A stretch of 64,000 nucleotides of DNA from Sphingomonadales bacterium (GTDB taxonomy: Bacteria; Bacteroidota; Bacteroidia; NS11-12g; UBA955). This document shows, piece by piece, positions 45,062 to 54,962 of the stretch. Every line of letters starts with the position of its first letter. Position 1 is the first letter of the stretch. The stretch spans positions 2,757 to 66,756 of the forward strand of contig VHBA01000001.1 in assembly GCA_016872175.1 (NCBI GenBank). Direction: 5' to 3'. The notes below the pieces were generated by a model that did not search any database, was not told the origin of the DNA, and saw nothing but the letters and a program-made list of their open reading frames with translations. The position numbers and the translations under genes are program-made.

Positions 45062-46653
45062 ATATAAACATCCATAGCGATGTGCCAGAAGGTTATTATG
45101 GCAAACTGGCATCCGCATGGTTGAAAAATGATAAAAACCTTAGGGATATTTATCCTGTTGATGAAGCCAATATTAACAGTTTGCAGGAGCAATATGCAGG
45201 ATTCAACAGCAATAAAAGGGAACGGCTTTTTGGGATCCTAACAAAACAGTATGAAGGCATAGAGCTGCATGCCAATGTAAGTGCAAATCTTGAAAAAATC
45301 AGACATGACAATACTTTCACGGTTACTACCGGTCAGCAGATACATATTTTCCTGGGCCCGGCATTTTTTATCTATAAAATTGCCGCTGTAATTCGACAGG
45401 CAAAGCGTTTACAGGCTGAAAACCCTGATAATTATTATATTCCGGTTTTTTGGATGGCGTCAGAAGATCATGATGTGGCTGAAATTAACAACGTAACAGT
45501 ATTTGGAAAAAAATACACCTGGGATACAGCTGAGCATGGGCCCACAGGTAGGTTTTCAACCAAAGGACTTGAGGTTATTTGCGACGACTTGATGGGGTTG
45601 GTTGATAAAGAAAACGTTTCATCAGAAATACATGATGTTTTAAAGGTTTTCAAAGAGGCTTACACCCGTTTTTCAACCTTATCAATGTCGACCCGGTATA
45701 TTCTTAATGAACTGTTTGGTAAGTATGGGCTCGTTATCATAGATGCAGATCATGATTTGTTAAAAACGGAACTACAATCGCTTATTCATAATGATTTGTT
45801 CTCGGAATCTGTGTTCGACAGCTTACAAACAGCTTCGGCATCCCTGAAAGCCATTGGATTTGGCAATCAGGTTAACCCCAGAAAAACCCATTTTTTCATG
45901 ATAAAGGATGAGGACAGGCTTCGAATTGACAGGGAAGGAGATGGATTTAAACTACATCCCACGGGTGAATTTATTTCAAAAAATAACATGATGCTACTGG
46001 CTGCTGAAAAGCCTCATGTTTTTAGTCCCAATGCACTGCTCAGGCCACTCTACCAGCAACTGATTTTACCCAACGTGGCGTATGTAAGTGGACCCGCAGA
46101 ATTGCATTATTGGCACCAACTTTTTCCGCTGTTTAAGAAAGAATTAGTAGTTGCTCCAATACTCATACTGCGTGATTCATTTTTGTTTTTAGATAATAAA
46201 ACACTCGATTTTTTACAAAAGTATAACCTTGTTGAAAGTGTTGTTTGGAAAGGGTTTGAGGTTTCTTCAATCTGCTTGGAGAACGTGCTTATTGGGGAGA
46301 ATAAGTTATCCCAGGAAATAGAAGAATTGAAAAATAAAACAGAAATAGTTTTTCAAACGCTCTTTGGCCTCAAATATAAAAATATTAAAGAATTAAGAAC
46401 ACAAAACAAAGTCTGGATAAAAGTGCTTCAAAAAGCTGTGAAATCAGTATTGAATGATGTTCGAAAGCAAACTGCTTTTGAGCCGGTTTTTAATAAACTG
46501 CAAAAAATATCTTCATTGTATTTTGATAAAAACAATCCGCAGGAAAGGTCCTTATCGTGGCTGGAATTATTGTTAAAAACACGTAATATTCCTATTGATT
46601 TTTTATTTGATATTCCGTTAAGTGGCCATACTTTTGGAACACTTAGTGTCTAG
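45058..46653 (+). CDS. bshC: bacillithiol biosynthesis cysteine-adding enzyme BshC
   Basis: 531 aa. The blocks TVTTGQQIHIFLGPAFFIYKIAAV and YIPVFWMASEDHD correspond to the BshC consensus (TGGQQ.GL.GGPLY...KA; VPVFWI.GEDHD). The C-terminal half is coiled-coil-rich as in BshC. Overlaps the rimO stop by 4 nt. Confidence 0.6.
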   Translation: MNINIHSDVPEGYYGKLASAWLKNDKNLRDIYPVDEANINSLQEQYAGFNSNKRERLFGILTKQYEGIELHANVSANLEKIRHDNTFTVTTGQQIHIFLGPAFFIYKIAAVIRQAKRLQAENPDNYYIPVFWMASEDHDVAEINNVTVFGKKYTWDTAEHGPTGRFSTKGLEVICDDLMGLVDKENVSSEIHDVLKVFKEAYTRFSTLSMSTRYILNELFGKYGLVIIDADHDLLKTELQSLIHNDLFSESVFDSLQTASASLKAIGFGNQVNPRKTHFFMIKDEDRLRIDREGDGFKLHPTGEFISKNNMMLLAAEKPHVFSPNALLRPLYQQLILPNVAYVSGPAELHYWHQLFPLFKKELVVAPILILRDSFLFLDNKTLDFLQKYNLVESVVWKGFEVSSICLENVLIGENKLSQEIEELKNKTEIVFQTLFGLKYKNIKELRTQNKVWIKVLQKAVKSVLNDVRKQTAFEPVFNKLQKISSLYFDKNNPQERSLSWLELLLKTRNIPIDFLFDIPLSGHTFGTLSV

Positions 46654-46752
46654 AATTTGGAACGATGTACTAATTAATGTTAAAAATCATACTCTTTTTA
46701 TTGGTAAATTGATTTGTTGCTATTATTTTCGCATCATTAACAACTTTAGCTG

Positions 46753-48363
46753 ATGCAATTTAATTCGAAAACAGGGATTTCTGCAGGTATCTTTTTAGGA
46801 TTGGCCGCTACCGTTATAGCGCAGCCATACTACAAACAAAAGCCTGGTGCCAATTATCACGAAGCAGCCATGGAGAAATGGCCTTCCGGGAAAACCGAAA
46901 AGAAAAAGGATTCTGGGCAGTTCTCAGTGACTTCCTATTTCGTGGATCGCCGCGCTAAGCAATGGTCTGTGGGTTTAGGAGCCGGCTCCACCCAGTTTTT
47001 TGGAGATGCCGACAAAATTCAGCCGGGTTGGCATGCAAAAGCATTTGCAAAATACAGCATTTCCCAAACATTTGGATTGAGGGCTGAATACAATGTTGGT
47101 GTTCTGCGTGGCGCCAGGGATTTTCAGTTTCCTACGCTGTACAAAGACTATTTCCGTTTCAGAAGTAATTTTCAGGATTATAACGTCCAGATGGTATTTA
47201 CTTTGGGTAATATCAGTTTTTTACGCCCATTGCGTAAAACACAGCTCAACCTCTTCATTGGCGGTGGCTGGGGTTCTTATCGCTCAGTAGCAAAGTTCAA
47301 CGATCAGCGTCTTTACGTAGGTGGTGATTATTACTTGAATCACTATTTTGGTCAGGGTACACCCAATCCCAATGTTGGCAAGGATGTTGAAGACCGTTGG
47401 GAAGGAAGACACTGGAATGTGCCTTTCGGTTTTGGTATAAAACACAATCTTGGTAAGAACTTTGATATCGGACTTGATTACCGTCAAACGTACCTCAGAA
47501 CGGATGATATTGATGTGTATAACACTGCAATTTGGCAGAATCGCTGGTTTGATCAATACAGCACACTTACTGTTTACGGCGCCTGGAAATTTGGCAGCAA
47601 AAGCAATCAGCACTACGATTGGTTGAGTCCTATCGAAAGTATTTATGAAAAAGTTAATCTTCTAGATCGCCGCGTTGATACCTTATATTCAGATGCTGAC
47701 GGTGACGGAGTAAGTGATTTTTTTGATGTTGATGACAGCACAGAACAAGGTGTAAATGTATATGGTAACGGCACAGCTGTTGATTCAGATGGTGATGGTG
47801 TTGCTGATTATAAAGATAAAGAGCCTTTCTCAGATAAAGGTGTGGAGGTGGATGCAGAAGGAAGAATGATTGATTCTGACGGTGACAATATTCCTAACCA
47901 CCGTGATTTGGAACCCAATAGCCCAATCGGAGCTATGGTTGATGCCCGTGGTCGCAGTATCGTAAATAACTGCTGCAATTGCGAAGACATGACTTTTCCT
48001 GCGCTCTATTTTGAAACCAACAAATGTCAGATCAGGCCTGAGTTTCAGGTTGTAATGATGATGATTGCTGACAAAATGAAGCAGTGCCCGGATAAGAAAC
48101 TAGTTATTTGCGGATCTACCGGCGAGAAAGAAAAAATGTATGCAGGCAAAAAAGGAGATGTTATTGGTTCATGCCGCACTGAAACTATAATCCAGGCATT
48201 GGTAAGCCAATTTGGAATTACCCGGGATCGCATTGTTATTGATGCCGCCTGCAAATCGGAAGATAAAAATAGAATGGAATTTAAGTTCGGCGGTTCAAGG
48301 CCTGCTGCACCTAAGCCTACCCCGGTGCCAGTATTGCCTCCAACGCCAAGGTCAAGCAGATAA
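46753..48363 (+). CDS. OmpA-family outer-membrane protein with thrombospondin type-3 (Ca-binding) repeats
   Basis: Signal peptide and an N-terminal beta-barrel-like region. TSP3-type repeats DADGDGVSDFFDVDD, DSDGDGVADYKD and DSDGDNIPNHRD. The C-terminal OmpA-like peptidoglycan-binding domain begins at ALYFETNKCQIRPEF.... Confidence 0.6.
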   Translation: MQFNSKTGISAGIFLGLAATVIAQPYYKQKPGANYHEAAMEKWPSGKTEKKKDSGQFSVTSYFVDRRAKQWSVGLGAGSTQFFGDADKIQPGWHAKAFAKYSISQTFGLRAEYNVGVLRGARDFQFPTLYKDYFRFRSNFQDYNVQMVFTLGNISFLRPLRKTQLNLFIGGGWGSYRSVAKFNDQRLYVGGDYYLNHYFGQGTPNPNVGKDVEDRWEGRHWNVPFGFGIKHNLGKNFDIGLDYRQTYLRTDDIDVYNTAIWQNRWFDQYSTLTVYGAWKFGSKSNQHYDWLSPIESIYEKVNLLDRRVDTLYSDADGDGVSDFFDVDDSTEQGVNVYGNGTAVDSDGDGVADYKDKEPFSDKGVEVDAEGRMIDSDGDNIPNHRDLEPNSPIGAMVDARGRSIVNNCCNCEDMTFPALYFETNKCQIRPEFQVVMMMIADKMKQCPDKKLVICGSTGEKEKMYAGKKGDVIGSCRTETIIQALVSQFGITRDRIVIDAACKSEDKNRMEFKFGGSRPAAPKPTPVPVLPPTPRSSR

Positions 48364-48380
48364 TAAATATGAAATAAATT

Positions 48381-48410
48381 TAAACGGGCTTTAGAGCCCG
48401 TTTTTTTTGT
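48381..48410. terminator. hairpin terminator shared by the convergent OmpA-family gene and miaA
   Basis: AACGGGCTttagAGCCCGTT followed by TTTTTTTTGTTTTTG. Confidence 0.65.
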
Positions 48411-48423
48411 TTTTGTAATGATG

Positions 48424-49317
48424 TTAAAAAATTTTGAATAGGACTTCTGCTGCATTCTCGGGCTGCACTTTGATGCCTTCTGTTTGGTTTTTAAACCATG
48501 TAATCTGTCTTTTGGCGTAATTCCGTGTGTGTTGTTTAATCTTTATAACCGCCTCATTCAAGTTTAGCTTGCCATCAATAAATTCAAATAATTCAGTATA
48601 GCCAACTGTTTTTAGAACGGGAAATTCCCGATAGCTTTTCAGCGATTTAACTTCATTTAAAAGGCCTGATTCCATCATTTCATCCACACGGTTCTCAATA
48701 CTTTGATACAGCAATTTTCTATCTGGTATAAGATTGAAAACTTTGTAGGGATACGATATTCTATCCATTTTTGTAGCGTAGATTTCTTTCAGTGATTGGC
48801 CTTCAGCACTTAGAAGCAACTCTGCGGCACGTTTTACACGGGCCGGATTTTGGATTTCAATTATGCCAATGGCTTCTGAATCAAGACTTTTAATCAAATT
48901 AACCAAACCTGACAGGCCTTCTGTTTGCCATCTTTTTTCAATCTCCTCACGAATTTCTACTTTTATTTCCGGAAGAACACTGAAACCCTCCAAAATTGCT
49001 TTCAGATATAGGCCTGTACCACCACATAGAACCACATACTGATGGCTCTCAAGTATTGTAACTATTCTGTTTCGCGCCTCTGTCGCAAATGAAGCTGCGC
49101 TGTAAGGTTCATGTATACTCTTGTTTGCTATAAAATGATGCTGTACTGCAGCTAGCTGGCTGTCAGTTGGCCTTGCTACGCCAATGTTCAGTTCACGATA
49201 AAATTGCCTGCTGTCAAAACTGATAATTTCAGTTTTAAGTGTTTGGGCAATACGTATGGAAAGATCTGTTTTTCCGGAAGCGGTAGGGCCTGTTATGGCT
49301 ATAATCCTTGGCTTCAT
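48424..49317 (-). CDS. miaA: tRNA dimethylallyltransferase
   Basis: 297 aa with a P-loop IAITGPTASGKTDLSIRIA and the typical MiaA layout. Confidence 0.85.
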   Translation of the reverse strand: MKPRIIAITGPTASGKTDLSIRIAQTLKTEIISFDSRQFYRELNIGVARPTDSQLAAVQHHFIANKSIHEPYSAASFATEARNRIVTILESHQYVVLCGGTGLYLKAILEGFSVLPEIKVEIREEIEKRWQTEGLSGLVNLIKSLDSEAIGIIEIQNPARVKRAAELLLSAEGQSLKEIYATKMDRISYPYKVFNLIPDRKLLYQSIENRVDEMMESGLLNEVKSLKSYREFPVLKTVGYTELFEFIDGKLNLNEAVIKIKQHTRNYAKRQITWFKNQTEGIKVQPENAAEVLFKIF

Positions 49318-49332
49318 CGGATTATTCTGATT

Positions 49333-49968
49333 TTACTGATCACTGACTTCGGAAAATCCATCCATGCCAAAATCTTCATCGGTGCTATCACCATATTCGT
49401 TCAATCCCAGATCGTCTTCGTCGTCTTCATCTGCTTCATCCAGCAATTCTTCTTCGGCACCTTCCATTATGTTTTTCCCGGCTTTGGCGGCCAATATCTT
49501 TGCAGCCAATGCATCAAATTCATTGTCATCCAGCATTTTGAAACGGCTGTCCTCTCGTTGCCTTGGTGATTTTCCTTCACTTCTGAATACAAGCGGATAT
49601 TCTTTTTTGGGTGCATCTTCCGCTATCATCTGGAGTTCACAGTTTAAAGTCCACATGGCCAAAAAATCAGTGATATAGATGAAGCGTTGGTGGGGATCAT
49701 TAATATAATCCCTGAGTTTGGCATCTTTCATCAGTGCTTTGGGCTCAGGATTGTCAGAGTCGCTTATTCCCATGTCATCAAGGCATATTTCGAAAAGCTT
49801 ACGCCATTTATCATCGCTTATATAGAAAGAGGTAGGTTCTTTTTTATCAAACCCAATTGAATCCTGGATTACATTGTGAAAATCGAGAAAACTGTGAGAG
49901 GGTTTAATATCTATCCACCTTATCACATCTTCCAGATCTTCAAACCAAACTTTAAAACGATAAATCAT
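49333..49968 (-). CDS. hypothetical protein with a poly-acidic C-terminal tail (possibly pRiA4b ORF-3-like family)
   Basis: 211 aa. The N-terminal block MIYRFKVWFEDLEDVIRWIDIKPSHSFLDFHNVIQDSIGF resembles the pRiA4b ORF-3-like fold pattern (low certainty). The last ~40 aa are Asp/Glu-rich (LLDEADEDDEDDLGLNEYGDSTDEDFGMDGF). Confidence 0.3.
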   Translation of the reverse strand: MIYRFKVWFEDLEDVIRWIDIKPSHSFLDFHNVIQDSIGFDKKEPTSFYISDDKWRKLFEICLDDMGISDSDNPEPKALMKDAKLRDYINDPHQRFIYITDFLAMWTLNCELQMIAEDAPKKEYPLVFRSEGKSPRQREDSRFKMLDDNEFDALAAKILAAKAGKNIMEGAEEELLDEADEDDEDDLGLNEYGDSTDEDFGMDGFSEVSDQ

Positions 49969-50021
49969 ATTGACGCAAAGTTAAATGATGCCGAGCAAAT
50001 TCCGTATTTTCGCGGTATCGG

Positions 50022-52307
50022 ATGCGGGTATTATTTTCTTTTTTGTGGTGTTTGGTTTTGGTTGGAACAATAAATGCCCAAAAGGGTGATATCAGGGGAT
50101 TTGTTTACAATTCAGAATCCGGTGAAAGGATTGCCAATGCTATTGTAAAGGCGTCATCTGATGGCCGTATTGTACTTACAGATGCTGACGGTTATTATTC
50201 CCTAACAAAACTTACTGTAGGAAAACAACGTTTGTGGATTTGGGCGGCAGGCTTTGATACCATCACAGCGGAAGCAACCATTTTTAATGGTGCAAGCACC
50301 AAAGCTGACCACTATTTACAAAAAATCACATCAATGGAAGAGGTGAGAATTACTGTTGCTAAAAAGCGAGATGCAGGTATTACCGGGACACCCATTGAGG
50401 CCAAGCAAATTTATAAAATACCTACGGTTGGGGCTGAAGCCGATATTATTCAGTATTTACAGATAATGCCAGGGGTCGTATTTACAGGCGATCAGGGCGG
50501 ACAACTATACATACGCGGTGGTTCACCTATCATGAATAAAGTTATGCTTGATGGAATGACTATATACAATCCGTTTCATTCCATTGGTCTATTCTCGGTT
50601 TTTGAAACGGATCTCATCAAAAGCGCAGATGTTCATACAGCAGGATTTGGTGCCCAGTATGGCGGAAGAATAAGTGCTGTGGTGGATGTTAGGACCCGCG
50701 ATGGCAATAAGCAAAAACTGAGTGCAAAGGCAGGACTTACCACGTTTACCGGAAAATTTCTCCTTGAAGGTCCTATTAAAAAATTCAGTAAAGGCAGCAG
50801 CAATAGTTCTTTCGTGTTATCGTACAGAAATTCATTCCTTAAACAATCCTCCCGTATTTTTTATAATTACGCAAACCCGGATAAATTACCCTATAATTTT
50901 GGAGATGTCTTCGGTAAATTCAGTATGAACGGGGCAGGAGGCGGATACACCAATCTATATGGTTTTCGTTTTAGCGACAGGGTCGATTTTCCTAATACCA
51001 CACGCTATAACTGGGTGTCAAGCGGATTTGGCGGTAAATACCTGGTTGTTCCCGATCAGTCCAAAACGCGCCTCGATGGACATTTTCTATATAGTAATTA
51101 CGAAATAAACCAGATTGAAAAGGATGGGTTACCCCGTAAAAGCGGCATTGGCGGATTTAATATCGGTATGAACTTTTCCTATAATTTTAAAAAGGATCAG
51201 TTTAAATGGGGGTTGGAGATGAACAGTTTTCAAACCGACTTTGTCTTATATAACAGCAATAGCCGCCTGATTCAACAAAAAGAAGCTACGGCAGAAATTA
51301 ATACTTTTGCCAATTACAGGTATATCCGCAAGAAATTTACTGCTGAAAGCGGTATCAGATGGCAATACTATGCTTCACTCGGAAATGGAAGTCTTGAACC
51401 CCGCATACAGGCCAAATACAGCCCATTTCCATGGCTTTCGGTTAAGGCAGCAGTTGGTAAATACAGTCAGAACCTGCTTTCGGCAATTAGTGACAGGGAT
51501 GTGGTAAATTTATTTTATGGATTTTTAAGCGGGCCGGAAAATTTACCGGCTACATTCAATGGCAAGCCTGTTACTGATCGACTGCAGAAAGCCCGCCATG
51601 CTGTGGCAGGGATGGAATATCAGCTTACTAAGCGCATCAGTGTAAATACAGAAGCCTTTTACAAGCGTTTTGACCAGATTACCAATATCAACAGGGATAA
51701 ACTGTTTAATGATGATTTGTTCAATCAGAGTAAGCCCGCACGCCTTCGCCAGGACTTTATCATTGAAACAGGCGATGCCTATGGTGCAGATGCTACTTTC
51801 AAGTATGAAGATAAACGATGGTATGTGTGGGCGGTTTACAGCCTTACCTACGTGAACCGTTTTGATGGTGTAATGACGTATCAGCCTATATTTGACAGAA
51901 GACACAATGCCAATATACTGGTAAATTATACCCTTCCCGGCAAAGCCAAATCTACAGAGGTAAGCCTTAGATGGAATTTTGGTTCAGGCTTTCCTTTTAC
52001 CCAAACGCAGGGTTACTATGAGAAATTCAATTTTGGCCAGGGTTTGAGTACCGATTATGTTTCCGGAAACGGTGATTTGGGAATTTTATATGGTAGTATC
52101 AATGCAGGAAGACTGCCTTATTACCACCGTCTTGATTTTTCCGCCAAAAGAACCTGGAAATTAACAGACAGCAGGCAGTTTCAGATGGTGCTGAGTGTTA
52201 CAAACGTATATAACAGAGACAATATTTTCTACTTCGACAGGGTAAATAACATCAGGGTAAATCAATTACCTTTACTGCCGGCGCTTGGCTGCAACTACAC
52301 CTTCTAG
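50022..52307 (+). CDS. TonB-dependent outer-membrane receptor with an N-terminal carboxypeptidase-regulatory-like domain
   Basis: 761 aa: signal peptide, a CarbopepD_reg-like segment (GDIRGFVYNSESGERIANAIVKA), a plug domain (…ADIIQYLQIMPGVVF…), a long beta-barrel, and a terminal aromatic residue (…CNYTF). Confidence 0.75.
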   Translation: MRVLFSFLWCLVLVGTINAQKGDIRGFVYNSESGERIANAIVKASSDGRIVLTDADGYYSLTKLTVGKQRLWIWAAGFDTITAEATIFNGASTKADHYLQKITSMEEVRITVAKKRDAGITGTPIEAKQIYKIPTVGAEADIIQYLQIMPGVVFTGDQGGQLYIRGGSPIMNKVMLDGMTIYNPFHSIGLFSVFETDLIKSADVHTAGFGAQYGGRISAVVDVRTRDGNKQKLSAKAGLTTFTGKFLLEGPIKKFSKGSSNSSFVLSYRNSFLKQSSRIFYNYANPDKLPYNFGDVFGKFSMNGAGGGYTNLYGFRFSDRVDFPNTTRYNWVSSGFGGKYLVVPDQSKTRLDGHFLYSNYEINQIEKDGLPRKSGIGGFNIGMNFSYNFKKDQFKWGLEMNSFQTDFVLYNSNSRLIQQKEATAEINTFANYRYIRKKFTAESGIRWQYYASLGNGSLEPRIQAKYSPFPWLSVKAAVGKYSQNLLSAISDRDVVNLFYGFLSGPENLPATFNGKPVTDRLQKARHAVAGMEYQLTKRISVNTEAFYKRFDQITNINRDKLFNDDLFNQSKPARLRQDFIIETGDAYGADATFKYEDKRWYVWAVYSLTYVNRFDGVMTYQPIFDRRHNANILVNYTLPGKAKSTEVSLRWNFGSGFPFTQTQGYYEKFNFGQGLSTDYVSGNGDLGILYGSINAGRLPYYHRLDFSAKRTWKLTDSRQFQMVLSVTNVYNRDNIFYFDRVNNIRVNQLPLLPALGCNYTF

Positions 52308-54904
52308 GGTAACTTATTTTTCAGTTCCTGCAATTTAAGCAAGGCATCAATGGGTGAAATGGCATTCACGTCAATTTTCTTTAGGATTTCTTGCAATTCT
52401 TTCAGTTTGGGATCTTCAGCCTGAAACATATTGAGCTGATAAACGGGAACTGCGGCATTGTTTTTCAGGGTGTTTCTGCCGCTGATAGCAGATCGGTCTG
52501 TTTCAAGCCTGTTAAGAATTTCGCTTGCCCTTAACAGAACTTTGTTGGGAATACCTGCCATTTGGGCAACGTGAATACCAAAGCTATGTTCACTGCCGCC
52601 CGGTTTTAATTTGCGTAAAAACACAATACGATTTCCCTGTTCCTTAATGGCAATGTGATAGTTTTTAACGCCTTCCATTTTGCTTTCCAGCTCATTGAGT
52701 TCATGGTAGTGCGTTGCAAACAGGGTTTTGGGTTTGAAAGGATGACTTTGAAGGTATTCTGCAATACTCCAGGCAAGGCTTACGCCGTCGTAGGTGCTGG
52801 TGCCACGTCCTATCTCATCCAGCAGTATAAGGCTGCGGTCGCTGATGTTATTCAAAATACTGGCAGTTTCCAGCATTTCCACCATAAAGGTCGATTCACC
52901 CAGGCTAATGTTGTCGCTGGCACCTACCCGTGTATAAATGCGGTCTACAACGCCAATAACAGCCCTTTCACAAGGAACAAAACAGCCTATTTGTGCGAGA
53001 ATAACGGCCAGCGCAGTTTGCCGTAGAATGGCACTTTTACCGCTCATATTTGGTCCGGTAAGTATTACAATTCTTTGTTCATCGGTATTAAGCGATATGT
53101 CGTTTGGTACATAGCTTTCATCGGGAGGCAGCTGTTTCTCAATCACCGGATGCCTGCAACCATACAGCTGAAGATTTCGTTCTTCTGTAATTTCAGGTTT
53201 GTTGAAACGATGTGATGCTGAAAGGTGTGCAAACCCCATTAAAACATCGATTTTAGCTACAGTAAGTGCATTTTGCTGAAGCAATGCTATGTAATGGCCT
53301 GCCCATAGAACCAATTCATCCCATAACCGCTGTTCGAGTGCAAGTATTTTATCTTCGGCACTTAAAATCTTCTCTTCGTAACTTTTAAGTTCCGGCGTGA
53401 TGTAGCGCTCGGCATTGGTGAGGGTTTGTTTGCGAATCCAGTCTTCCGGAACTTTATCTTTGTGGGAATGTGTAACTTCCAGGTAGTAGCCAAAAACATT
53501 GTTAAAACCAATTTTCAGACTGCTGATACCGGTTTTTTCAACTTCGCGTTTTTGTATTTCCAGCAGGTGGTCTTTTCCTCCAAAGGCTATGCTTCGCAGT
53601 TCTTCCAGTTCTGCATTAATGCCTGATTTTATGGTTCCGCCTTTGCTAAGCAGGGCAGGAGCATCCTCGGAAATGGTGTTTTGCAGTTTATATATAATGG
53701 CACGTGCATCCTGAATAAGTCCGGTAAGTTCCTTCACTGCAGGGTGCGCATCTTTCAGGTTGTCGGTAAGCTCTTCAATCGCAAGCAAGCTGCGACCCAG
53801 TTGCAGTAGCTCTCTTGGGTTTACACGATTTAAAGCCACTTTGCCGATAATTCGCTGCAAATCCCCAATTCTTTCGGCGATAGCCCTGCAGAATACAAGC
53901 TTTGTCTGATTCTGAAAAAAATATTCAACAATTTGGTGTCGGAAGGCGATTTCAGAAGATTTTTTTAGGGGAAGAATAAGCCAATTTCTGAGCAAACGGC
54001 TGCCCATGGGTGTTTTGGTTTGATCGAGAATATCAATCAGGGGAGTGCCGCCGGGGTAAATAGGGTAGAGCAGTTCCAGATTGCGTACAGTGAAACCATC
54101 CAGCCAAACATGTTCGCTGTCATCAATGCGGTGAATACCTTTGATATGGCTAACCTGCGTATGGTGAGTATTATCCAGGTATTGCAGACAGGCGCCTGCA
54201 GCAATAATTGACTCCGGCATTTCCGCTATGCCAAATCCTTTCAGTGACGCAGCCTGAAACTGCCGGCACAGCTTATCGGTAGCATATTCTGTCTGAAAAA
54301 CCCAGTCTTCCAGATATTGGCTAAAAATCTGATCGCCAAGCAGTTCATTGACCGCCTTTTGCTGGCTTTTGGGCGCAATGATCTCAGCTGGTTTTAAACC
54401 GCTGATGAGCCGCTTAATTGACTCTGCATCGGCGGTAGTTGCCATGAATTCGCCGGTTGAAATATCCAGAAACGCCACACCAGCTTTTTCCTGGTGAAAA
54501 AACAGGCAGCACAAATAGTTATTCTGTCTTGATTCCAGCACTTTGTCGTTATAGCTGACCCCCGGTGTAACCAATTCTGTTACGCCGCGCTTTACGATGG
54601 TTTTGGTTAGTTTCGGATCTTCCAGCTGATCGCATACGGCCACGCGCTGTCCGGCTCTTACAAGTTTGGGCAGGTACACATCGAGGCTGTGGTGCGGAAA
54701 GCCGGCCAGGTCTATTTCTGAAGCTGAACCATTGGAACGTTTGGTAAGTACAATTCCCAGAATTTTGCTGGCAGTGCGGGCATCTTCTTCAAATGTTTCA
54801 TAAAAATCGCCAACCCTGAACAGCAGTAAAGCACCTGGATATTGTCCTTTGATGCTGTAGTATTGCTTCATCAGCGGGGTTTCCGATTTTTCCTTCGCGC
54901 ACAT
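52304..54904 (-). CDS. mutS: DNA mismatch repair protein MutS
   Basis: 866 aa. MutS N-terminal mismatch-binding domain (GDFYETFEEDA), ABC-ATPase Walker A GPNMSGKSA, and the motif STFMVEM. Confidence 0.9.
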   Translation of the reverse strand: MCAKEKSETPLMKQYYSIKGQYPGALLLFRVGDFYETFEEDARTASKILGIVLTKRSNGSASEIDLAGFPHHSLDVYLPKLVRAGQRVAVCDQLEDPKLTKTIVKRGVTELVTPGVSYNDKVLESRQNNYLCCLFFHQEKAGVAFLDISTGEFMATTADAESIKRLISGLKPAEIIAPKSQQKAVNELLGDQIFSQYLEDWVFQTEYATDKLCRQFQAASLKGFGIAEMPESIIAAGACLQYLDNTHHTQVSHIKGIHRIDDSEHVWLDGFTVRNLELLYPIYPGGTPLIDILDQTKTPMGSRLLRNWLILPLKKSSEIAFRHQIVEYFFQNQTKLVFCRAIAERIGDLQRIIGKVALNRVNPRELLQLGRSLLAIEELTDNLKDAHPAVKELTGLIQDARAIIYKLQNTISEDAPALLSKGGTIKSGINAELEELRSIAFGGKDHLLEIQKREVEKTGISSLKIGFNNVFGYYLEVTHSHKDKVPEDWIRKQTLTNAERYITPELKSYEEKILSAEDKILALEQRLWDELVLWAGHYIALLQQNALTVAKIDVLMGFAHLSASHRFNKPEITEERNLQLYGCRHPVIEKQLPPDESYVPNDISLNTDEQRIVILTGPNMSGKSAILRQTALAVILAQIGCFVPCERAVIGVVDRIYTRVGASDNISLGESTFMVEMLETASILNNISDRSLILLDEIGRGTSTYDGVSLAWSIAEYLQSHPFKPKTLFATHYHELNELESKMEGVKNYHIAIKEQGNRIVFLRKLKPGGSEHSFGIHVAQMAGIPNKVLLRASEILNRLETDRSAISGRNTLKNNAAVPVYQLNMFQAEDPKLKELQEILKKIDVNAISPIDALLKLQELKNKLP

Positions 54905-54962
54905 AATTACAGAAGGTGCAATTTAATCCACTGCTCCCGGAATTGATGAACATTTTATCCCT

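Noticed and set aside
45058-46653. Considered the 531-aa protein after rimO as a possible novel enzyme
   Set aside because: The TGQQ...GPAFF and PVFW..EDHD blocks and the coiled-coil C-terminal half fit the known BshC family. It is annotated as a probable BshC, not as novel.
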